Source of the DNA: Candidatus Nanopelagicales bacterium
GTDB lineage: Bacteria > Actinomycetota > Actinomycetes > S36-B12 > UBA5976
Reading direction: 5' to 3'
DNA length: 64,000 nucleotides
NCBI GenBank assembly: GCA_030157865.1
Contig: JAOATY010000033.1
Location: forward strand, 23,507 to 87,506
Below the pieces are notes generated by a model, which had not been told where the DNA came from, searched no databases, and worked only from the letters and a program-made list of their open reading frames with translations. Below are positions 55,274-64,000 of this stretch, piece by piece (positions within the stretch are counted from its first letter, which is position 1; every line of letters begins with the position of its first letter). Position numbers and translations under genes: made by a program.

Positions 55274-57499
55274 TCAGACCTTAGATCTGCGCTGGCGAAT
55301 CGTTCCGAAGGTTCCAACCATTACGGTCAAGAAGCCAAGAAGGCCAAGCCCCATTGCGCCAAGACTTTCGTTGATTCCGGTGTCAGCAAGTTTCGCACTT
55401 GAAGATTTCTTGGTGAATAGTGCATTTTGGAATGTGGAACCGCTGCCAATTTTCAAAGTAGCTGTTACTGAAACACCATTGATCGAACGAATTCGGTAGT
55501 TTCCAGCAGGAAGTCCCGAAAGGTTAATCTCACCGTTTACTGCTTCGGTTACGAAGTTAACGTCATCTTTGGTGCCAGACTTTCCATCTGGTCCCTCCCA
55601 AGTCAAAACAACTTCACCTTCAGCTGGCTTTCCACTCGGATCAGTGACAGGAGCGGAAATTGTTGAACTTCCAACCATGCCAACCCAAGTGAATCCAGTG
55701 CCACCGTCAGGAATGCTAGCGGTAGAGACACCATCGGAAGATCCAGTGCTGTCGTAAGTAACGGTCATACCAGTTGGACTGGTGCAAGTCGTAGTCCATT
55801 CGCCAGACTTTGCGTTACGAATCAAATACTGTCCCTGGGTATTTGTCTTGACGGTAGTTGTCGTCGTTGCAAATCTTGGACCAACAGCCATGCTGCGGAA
55901 GCCTGATGCAAACGAGGCAGTAGTCAAGAACTTAAGTTGGCAGGTGCAAGTAATGTCCGCCAACAAAGGTTCGCCTGGATCTTGCGTGCCGTTTTGATTT
56001 AGGTCAGCCCAAACCACACCGGAAAGTGATTGCTTTGGAGCCTTATTGCCCTTGTAAAGCGGTCCACCGCGTTTGCCATCAGAGGCTGATGAAGAACTCG
56101 GACTAGCAGACGGAGCTGGATCTTCATCCTCAATTGTGGTGTTGGTTGAAAGCTGATCGAGCTCAGGACCAATATCAGAGCCACCCTTGGCACCATTCTT
56201 TTTCAGTTTGAGGCCAACGGTTCCCTTTGAACTACAAGTCACAGTCACTTCTACGCTTGTACCTGATGCAGCCGATACATTTCCCACTGCACAACCACTG
56301 GCATCACCTGTGGTCTCAAAGTCGGAGGTTGTTAATTCCGTAACCGATTCATTGAAGTTAACGGTGAACTTAACCGACTTAGATTTAGTTGTCGTCACCT
56401 GTCGATTTACGTTTGCGGTTGGAGGAACCGGACGAGCAAAGCCTGGCGCATCTTGCGTTGGGTTTACGAAGCTACCGCCAAGAGCAGTTTTTGTCGCGGC
56501 ATCTTCATCTGCCTGACTTTCTTGCAATTCCTCAAGAACTTCAGTCTTGTCTACTCCAGATTCACGTTCTAAGTCGTAAAGCTGCTTTGTTGTTAAGTTG
56601 CCAGATGAGCCCGTGCAGTAAGCAACGGCAGCATTTCCTTCGGCCGTGCCTCCAGTGCCAACTTGAGTCGTAAATTCAGATCTGCTAAAAATTCCGTCCG
56701 TATTGGAATCAGTAATGACATTTGCCCAAGACCAGTTCAAGCCTTCATAAATTCCACCACCAGCAGTTTTGAATGGAGGAATGATGTCTCCCCAATGCTT
56801 CGCATTGCTCGGGTAAGCGTAAGTCGGGCGGAAAACTCCTGCAGGGCCATCAGTCTCTAGACGACGTCGATCAGTGTTATGTAATGCGTGTCCATTTGGG
56901 GCACTGTTGTCATCAACAATTGATGACACTGAAACGGTGATCATGCGGTATGGGTTAGTGGTTGCATGAGTGCGGTGACAGATTGTGACCTTAGTTAATT
57001 GTGTAAGAGAAGGAAGGGCAACAGTACTAATCGAAACTGTGCCAGTCGAAGTCACTTTTGAAACAACCTGTATGTAATAAAACTTTGATGCGGATGCAAC
57101 TATAGAAATTGAATTACCATTCGTGCAATTAGATGAAGTGCCTTTTGTTGGCGCAGATGTTGGCTCGGAAGATGTTGTCGCACTTACTTCATATACAAAG
57201 AGTCGAGTTGCTGCACTTGCAGAACAGTTGCTGATAGTGGCTGATTCATTTGCTGTTGGATCCCACAAATACCAAACGGTATTTTGAAACGATGCATCAC
57301 TTCCTAGGTACTCGCCAGATTCCCTACCGGCCTGAGCTGTTGTAAATGATGCGGAGCCGGCGTTGTTTGTCAAAGTAATCGCAGTTGCACTACCAATTCG
57401 ATCGTTACCAGGAGCTGCTGCTTGAACCGGCCCGACTAGCAATGTAAAAAGCATGGTTGATCCGATTGCTGATCCAACTAATCCACGAATTTTGTTCAA
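55274..57499 (-). CDS. Sortase-anchored surface protein (LAXTG) with Ig-like and SdrD-B-like domains
   Basis: Signal peptide, FTVNFNESV..DF Ig domain, SGVVWADLNQNG.QD.GEP, C-terminal LADTG + TM + RQRRSK. Confidence 0.88.
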   Translation of the reverse strand: MNKIRGLVGSAIGSTMLFTLLVGPVQAAAPGNDRIGSATAITLTNNAGSASFTTAQAGRESGEYLGSDASFQNTVWYLWDPTANESATISNCSASAATRLFVYEVSATTSSEPTSAPTKGTSSNCTNGNSISIVASASKFYYIQVVSKVTSTGTVSISTVALPSLTQLTKVTICHRTHATTNPYRMITVSVSSIVDDNSAPNGHALHNTDRRRLETDGPAGVFRPTYAYPSNAKHWGDIIPPFKTAGGGIYEGLNWSWANVITDSNTDGIFSRSEFTTQVGTGGTAEGNAAVAYCTGSSGNLTTKQLYDLERESGVDKTEVLEELQESQADEDAATKTALGGSFVNPTQDAPGFARPVPPTANVNRQVTTTKSKSVKFTVNFNESVTELTTSDFETTGDASGCAVGNVSAASGTSVEVTVTCSSKGTVGLKLKKNGAKGGSDIGPELDQLSTNTTIEDEDPAPSASPSSSSASDGKRGGPLYKGNKAPKQSLSGVVWADLNQNGTQDPGEPLLADITCTCQLKFLTTASFASGFRSMAVGPRFATTTTTVKTNTQGQYLIRNAKSGEWTTTCTSPTGMTVTYDSTGSSDGVSTASIPDGGTGFTWVGMVGSSTISAPVTDPSGKPAEGEVVLTWEGPDGKSGTKDDVNFVTEAVNGEINLSGLPAGNYRIRSINGVSVTATLKIGSGSTFQNALFTKKSSSAKLADTGINESLGAMGLGLLGFLTVMVGTFGTIRQRRSKV

Positions 57500-57675
57500 T
57501 CTGTTTACTCCAAGAAATTGCTTAGTGATGCATATCAGGGATAACCCTGTGTTTTAAAAATACCTCGAGAGGCATTCAGCAATTTCAAAAAGTTCGGTCA
57601 GCACATCACAGCAAACTGACAAATCAACATATAACGGACACTCGCGATGAAATCTTTACTTGCCCTTTACTAAAC

Positions 57676-57714
57676 AAAGAAAGACCCCGAGAAATTCTCG
57701 AGGTCGTTCTTTTT
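57676..57714 (-). terminator. groEL terminator
   Basis: Minus strand GACCTCGAGAA-T-TTCTCGGGGTC followed by TTTCTTT. Confidence 0.7.
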
Positions 57715-57733
57715 AGTTTTTGTTAGGTATGAA

Positions 57734-59410
<1,677 letters not shown>

Positions 59411-59437
59411 TTATCACTCGGGGGTTCCGAGTGCTAA
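59411..59437. promoter_or_regulatory. CIRCE element (HrcA operator) 1
   Basis: TTATCACTC-N9-GAGTGCTAA. Confidence 0.9.
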
Positions 59438-59445
59438 TACTATTG

Positions 59446-59472
59446 TTGGCACTCTCACCCCTAGAGTGCAAA
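59446..59472. promoter_or_regulatory. CIRCE element (HrcA operator) 2
   Basis: TTGGCACTC-N9-GAGTGCAAA. Confidence 0.88.
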
Positions 59473-59581
59473 TCGAGAGGGTCCAGACCCCGAAAAATAG
59501 GGCTTTTCTCGGGATTAAAAGAGGCCGTCTTTAACGCCCCTAGATACGCTTAACCGGAGCAAAGATTGGATCTGGTGGGCA

Positions 59582-60223
59582 ATGACGGTTATGCCAATGT
59601 TCCCACTCGGAACCGTACTTCTGCCGGCCATGCCTCTTCCATTGCGCATTTTTGAACCGCGCTATCTAAAGCTGCTTGGGGATTTGATGGGATCTGAGAA
59701 TCCTGAATTTGGAGTCGTGCTGATCGAGCGCGGAACCGAGGTTGGCGGCGGCGATCAGCGAATGCAGATTGGCACAATCGCATCTGTCATCAACATCGGC
59801 ACAACCGAAGAGTTCTATGGTCTCGAGTCCGTTGGCACGCAAAGATTCAAGGTGACTAATTGGCTGCCCGATGATCCATACCCGGTTGCGGTTATCGAAT
59901 TGATTCCAGATTTGATTTGGAACGATTCTCTTTTGGAAGCTAAAAACCAGCTAGAAGTTAGAGTGCGCCAACTTCTTGCGTTCGCAAGTGAGTTTACGAA
60001 TTTGCAGTTTGGCGCAAACACAGAACTCAGTGTCGATCCAATGGATGCGTGTTGGCAGTTAGCCGGAATTCTTCCGATTGGTGAAATGGATCAACTGGAC
60101 TTACTTAGTTCCGAATCTGCAGAAGAATTAATAGCGCGCACAAACGAGATTGTGTCGACGGCCGATGAAACTCTTCGTTCCATCATGGAACAACAAGATG
60201 ATTGGGATGCGCCCAATCTTTAG
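59582..60223 (+). CDS. LON peptidase substrate-binding domain protein
   Basis: PMFPLGTVLLP..LPLRIFEPRY, FGVVLIERG.EVGGG, RF..W..DDPYP. Confidence 0.9.
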   Translation: MTVMPMFPLGTVLLPAMPLPLRIFEPRYLKLLGDLMGSENPEFGVVLIERGTEVGGGDQRMQIGTIASVINIGTTEEFYGLESVGTQRFKVTNWLPDDPYPVAVIELIPDLIWNDSLLEAKNQLEVRVRQLLAFASEFTNLQFGANTELSVDPMDACWQLAGILPIGEMDQLDLLSSESAEELIARTNEIVSTADETLRSIMEQQDDWDAPNL

Positions 60224-60543
60224 TGGCTATTGCTTCCAGCATTAAGCAGAACTACCCCGGCTACAACTAAAACGACACCAAACCATGCAAGGTTACTGGC
60301 CTCAGTCTTAAAGATATAAATAGAGATAAAGAACGCGCCCAGCGTTCCCAGTCCAGCCCAAACTGCGTAAGCAATTCCGAGAGGAATCGTCCTAACGACA
60401 ATTGCCAATAGATAGAACGCCAGGCCATAACTAACGGCCATACCAAGCGTCCAATAAAGCTTGGTAAATCCATCAGAGAACTTAAGTGCAGTTGTTCCAA
60501 TCAATTCAAACGTGATCGCAAGCAGCAAATATAACCAAGCCAT
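60220..60543 (-). CDS. SMR family small multidrug transporter
   Basis: WLYLLLAITFELIGT.ALK.SDGF, IPLGIAYAVWAGLG. Confidence 0.92.
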   Translation of the reverse strand: MAWLYLLLAITFELIGTTALKFSDGFTKLYWTLGMAVSYGLAFYLLAIVVRTIPLGIAYAVWAGLGTLGAFFISIYIFKTEASNLAWFGVVLVVAGVVLLNAGSNSH

Positions 60544-60603
60544 ACCTTAAGTATCACAGTGAATTGACGCTTCAAATCTCGGCTCGCCTAGCTATTACTC
60601 TTT

Positions 60604-61059
60604 TTGATTTCGTCATGGCACAGTTATCTAGTGGCCACCATCGCATTCCTGCCTGAATCAGACTGTATTAATACAGTCGCAGCTCAGGTCTCCCTTGCTG
60701 CTACCCCGTTGGTGATTTCACCCCCAACTGAATCCGTGCGTTGGGTAACTCATGTGGCATCGCAACTAGCCAGCACAGCCGAACCATTGATTCTGGTTTT
60801 CCATGGCGAGACCAGCGTGCATGCTCCAGCCATTGGATTTAGTCGACGATCACTTCGACGTCCTGCGATTGGTTACGTTCTGATTGATCCAGTCATGCCA
60901 ACTATCGGTGGCGACTACGGCGATTGGCCGGATGCACCGGTGACCGTTGTTATCACTGATTCCGCAAATGAATTAGCAAAGGAAGCTTCGTTGCAATCAC
61001 GATTGCGTGGCTGGAAAGTTACGACAGGTTCGCCGCAGGAAGTTTTGTCTGCGCTTTAG
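60604..61059 (+). CDS. Hypothetical protein, degenerate alpha/beta-hydrolase-like fragment
   Basis: LILVFHG..APAIG..GYVLIDP.MP..DWPDAP; no GxSxG; start uncertain. Confidence 0.55.
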   Translation: MISSWHSYLVATIAFLPESDCINTVAAQVSLAATPLVISPPTESVRWVTHVASQLASTAEPLILVFHGETSVHAPAIGFSRRSLRRPAIGYVLIDPVMPTIGGDYGDWPDAPVTVVITDSANELAKEASLQSRLRGWKVTTGSPQEVLSAL

Positions 61060-61805
61060 CGACGTGAAGCAACAGAAAGTTTGCGAACAATTGGTCGCGG
61101 TAAGTATTGCGCAATCAAACTTAAGAACTTGTATTGCATTCCTGGAACGCTAATTGCTTTTCCATTTTTGAAATCCTTCAAAGACTTTGCAACCACGACA
61201 TCAACATCAAGCCACATCCAATTAGGAATAGTTTGAGTTTCCATGTTGGCACGGGAATGGAATTCGGTGCGGGTGTAACCAGGGCAAAGAGCCAGGACGT
61301 GAACGTTTGATTTCTTGTGATGTGTTGCTAGTGCTTCACTGAAACTTGTTACCCAAGCTTTGGCTGAACTATAAGTTCCGCTGGACATCCAACCAGCAAC
61401 TGAACTGACGTTGATAACTCCACCTCGGTCGCGCGCGATCATGCCTGGCATTGCGGCATGAGTAATGCGCATAACTGCAGTTACTAGAACATCAAGTAAG
61501 TATTGTTCGGCTTCGATCGTTCCGCCCACAAACGGTTGCTTGATACCAAAGCCCGCATTGTTAACTACTAAATCGATGTCATCGCTTGCTGCTCGAATGC
61601 AAACTTTGTCTAGCTGGGCGCGGTCTGAAAGATCTGCTTGAAGAACTTCTACTTTGACGCCATGAGCAGACTTTAATTCGGCCGCCAAAGCTTCGAGTCG
61701 GGTTAAATCTCTTGCCACTAAAACTAAATCGCTGCCGTTGGCTGCTAGTTGTTTTGCATACGATGCGCCAATGCCAGCAGTAGCTCCAGTGATTAATGCA
61801 GTCAT
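61056..61805 (-). CDS. Short-chain dehydrogenase/reductase
   Basis: TGATAGIG, NNAGFG, NVSSVAG, YSSAK. Confidence 0.92.
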   Translation of the reverse strand: MTALITGATAGIGASYAKQLAANGSDLVLVARDLTRLEALAAELKSAHGVKVEVLQADLSDRAQLDKVCIRAASDDIDLVVNNAGFGIKQPFVGGTIEAEQYLLDVLVTAVMRITHAAMPGMIARDRGGVINVSSVAGWMSSGTYSSAKAWVTSFSEALATHHKKSNVHVLALCPGYTRTEFHSRANMETQTIPNWMWLDVDVVVAKSLKDFKNGKAISVPGMQYKFLSLIAQYLPRPIVRKLSVASRR

Positions 61806-61807
61806 AA

Positions 61808-62149
61808 TTACGCTCGTCGGTTTGGTCGCCAGACTACAACTGCAGTTGAAGGGCCCATTGCTTCACGCAAACGGATATTTTCTTTCAAAGCTTTCTCAAG
61901 TTGTTCTTCCAAAATTAAAATTCGCATAATTCCAGAAAGTGTTACGCCTTCATTGGAAAGTTTTGTAACTTCGCGCAGGCGCTGAATGTCTTTAAGTGAA
62001 TAGAGGCGATTGCGACCAACTGAACGTCCTGGGGAAACTAAACCCAGTCGGTCATATTGGCGAAGTGTTTGCGGATGCAGTCCTGCTAATTGCGCTGCAA
62101 CAGAAATCACATAAACCGGAACTTCGTCATCATGCTCAAAATCAATCAT
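61808..62149 (-). CDS. hspR: Heat-shock repressor HspR (MerR family)
   Basis: YVISVAAQLAGLHPQTLRQYDRLGLVSPGR; last gene of dnaK operon. Confidence 0.95.
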   Translation of the reverse strand: MIDFEHDDEVPVYVISVAAQLAGLHPQTLRQYDRLGLVSPGRSVGRNRLYSLKDIQRLREVTKLSNEGVTLSGIMRILILEEQLEKALKENIRLREAMGPSTAVVVWRPNRRA

Positions 62150-63104
62150 CAGATCCCTTTCGGGCCTCTGACAAATTGCCAGTCTTGCGCATCAATTCTT
62201 CACGTGGATCAAAGTCATTGGTTGCCGCAGCGAAATCATCCAAGGCTTTTTGGGCCGCAGGCGTTAAATCCTTAGGCACTGCAATGTCAACGGAAACGAT
62301 TAAGTCACCAGATTTTTCAGTGCGAACTACACCTTTGCCACGAGCTCGGAATTTTGCGCCAGTTTTAGTTCCAGCTGGAATACGAATTGTTACTGCAGGT
62401 CCATCAAGAACTGGCACCTTAATGTCCGCTCCATTTACCGCTTCATCAAATCGAATTGGCACAGTCACCGTTAAGTTGTCGCCATCGCGTCCAAACACTG
62501 GATGCGGCGAAACTGCAACGTTGATAAATAAATCACCGGCTGGGGCATTTTGTTCGCCAGGTTGGCCTTTACCTTTTAGGCGAATCCGCTGATCATTTTT
62601 CACACCTGCTGGAATGCGAGCTGAGATATTTCCGGCGCTCAATCGCAATGGCATAGTGACGCCATGAATTGAATCTTCGAAACTAATTGTCACTGAAGTT
62701 TCTAAGTCAGCACCTTTACGTGGACCGCGCTGACGGCCGCCGCCGAAAAGCCCGCCGAAGATATCTGATAGATCGCCGCCACCGAAAAGATCTTCAACAT
62801 TTACGTTTTGTCCACCTGGAAATCCACCGGGTCCGCCAGGTCCGCGGCGACCACCCATTGGTCCAGCAGATCCATAGCGCCGTGCCTCGTCATACTCAGC
62901 ACGACGCTTTGGATCTGAGACAACGTCATAGGCTTCGCTAACCGCTTTGAACTTTTCTTCGATCTTCTTGTCGCCAGCATTTGCATCCGGATGAAGATCT
63001 TTAGCTAGTTTGCGATAAGCCTTTTTAATCGTGGCAGCATCAGCATCTTTAGGGACACCAAGGATTTTGTAGTAATCCTTTTCATACAAATCTTTTGCAC
63101 TCAC
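62142..63104 (-). CDS. dnaJ: DnaJ co-chaperone lacking zinc finger
   Basis: J-domain HPD, G/F region, C-terminal domain; no CxxCxGxG. Confidence 0.93.
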   Translation of the reverse strand: MSAKDLYEKDYYKILGVPKDADAATIKKAYRKLAKDLHPDANAGDKKIEEKFKAVSEAYDVVSDPKRRAEYDEARRYGSAGPMGGRRGPGGPGGFPGGQNVNVEDLFGGGDLSDIFGGLFGGGRQRGPRKGADLETSVTISFEDSIHGVTMPLRLSAGNISARIPAGVKNDQRIRLKGKGQPGEQNAPAGDLFINVAVSPHPVFGRDGDNLTVTVPIRFDEAVNGADIKVPVLDGPAVTIRIPAGTKTGAKFRARGKGVVRTEKSGDLIVSVDIAVPKDLTPAAQKALDDFAAATNDFDPREELMRKTGNLSEARKGSDD

Positions 63105-63146
63105 GATGTCTCCTTTCTAATGCTTAGGTTTCTTGGCTAATCGAAA

Positions 63147-63713
63147 CTATTGCTCTGCAGTAACAGTTTCTGGGTCTGCAACACTCACGATTGCAGCACG
63201 AATGATCCGACCATTGAATTCGTATCCTGATTGGAAAACACTCATGCAGGTTGATGTTGTTACATCAGCGCTGTACTCGTGCGAAATTGCTTCATGCTTG
63301 GTTGGATCAAACTCATCACCTGGTGCACCAAAAGGCCTTAAGCCTAATCGAGTAATGGTTGACTCTAAAGCTTCACCAACACTCTTGAAAGCACCTTCGA
63401 GTTCACCGTGTGTGCGAGCTCGACCAATGTCATCAATTACTGGCAAGAGTTCAGCAAGTGTGTTTGAAACTACAAGGTCGCGAGTGGTTTCACGATCACG
63501 TTCTACGCGCTTGCGATAGTTTGCAAATTCAGCCTGGAGACGTTGTAAGTCTGCGGTTAGTTCCGCAACAGGATCACTTTCAACTTCTAGCTCCGAAACT
63601 GGAGTCTCCTGCGCATCATTGATGCGAGGAGCTCCAGTCTCTGGATCAAGCTTGCGCTTATCGGTGATCTTTACGCCCTCGGCCTGGTTTACGCCTTGGT
63701 CGTTGTCACTCAT
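63147..63713 (-). CDS. grpE: Nucleotide exchange factor GrpE
   Basis: LQRLQAEFANYRKR, LLPVIDD, FDPTKHEA, GY...RIIRAA.V. Confidence 0.96.
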   Translation of the reverse strand: MSDNDQGVNQAEGVKITDKRKLDPETGAPRINDAQETPVSELEVESDPVAELTADLQRLQAEFANYRKRVERDRETTRDLVVSNTLAELLPVIDDIGRARTHGELEGAFKSVGEALESTITRLGLRPFGAPGDEFDPTKHEAISHEYSADVTTSTCMSVFQSGYEFNGRIIRAAIVSVADPETVTAEQ

Positions 63714-64000
63714 ACCTTTTCAGTCTCATCCACGATTTCGGCATCGACTACATCGTCATCACCTTCGGCAGAAGCCTGCTCACCTTCAGCTTGAGTGTTT
63801 GCGTATAACGCAGCACCCAAAGCCTGAGATGCAGATGCAACCTTTTCCACCGCAGCCTTGATGGCTTCGATGTTGTCTCCGGCAATTGCAGCCTTAAGTT
63901 CAGCTAGCGGTTCATCAACATTTGCCTTGGCATCTGCTGGAACTTTGTCGCCACTTTCCTCGAGGAACTTCTCGGTCTGGAAAACCAATGATTCCGCTTG
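63710..64000 (-). CDS. dnaK: Chaperone DnaK, 3' end (partial)
   Basis: QAESLVFQTEKFL..DKVPAD..SQALGAALY..DDVVDAEIVDE. Confidence 0.95.
   Translation of the reverse strand, partial: QAESLVFQTEKFLEESGDKVPADAKANVDEPLAELKAAIAGDNIEAIKAAVEKVASASQALGAALYANTQAEGEQASAEGDDDVVDAEIVDETEKV

Overview
A 64-kb chromosomal window from a free-living, moderate-GC actinobacterium. The gene set (dnaK-grpE-dnaJ-hspR, monocistronic groEL with two CIRCE boxes, XPB helicase pair, DUF3027, DUF2530, c-di-AMP riboswitch-NlpC/P60, photolyase, many apparently leaderless genes) suggests a freshwater planktonic lineage; that placement is inference. 1-23 kb is a surface-glycan island: WbpA/B/E/D/I-type diacetamido-uronic acid genes, Gmd/Rmd-like genes, GT2/GT4/GT-C transferases, an ABC flippase and an embedded tRNA-Arg(CCT). 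23-34 kb holds secreted proteins and small inserted modules. 34-64 kb is mostly housekeeping with a few surface-protein cassettes. The main unannotated signal is an NYN (PIN-like) ribonuclease gene with a divergent tandem pair of ~62-nt structured RNAs. Each RNA has its own promoter motif, compensatory base changes and a GNRA/UUCG tetraloop swap, consistent with an RNA-antitoxin or RNA-cofactor nuclease system. About 5 kb away a DUF3800 gene shows the same layout, and both modules carry a DnaA box. Other unannotated items: a 24-aa Cys-rich peptide divergent from ArsR, an orphan Phd antitoxin with a 10-codon RelE-like stub, and a 30-aa membrane peptide. All calls are by-eye motif recognition; no database searches were run.
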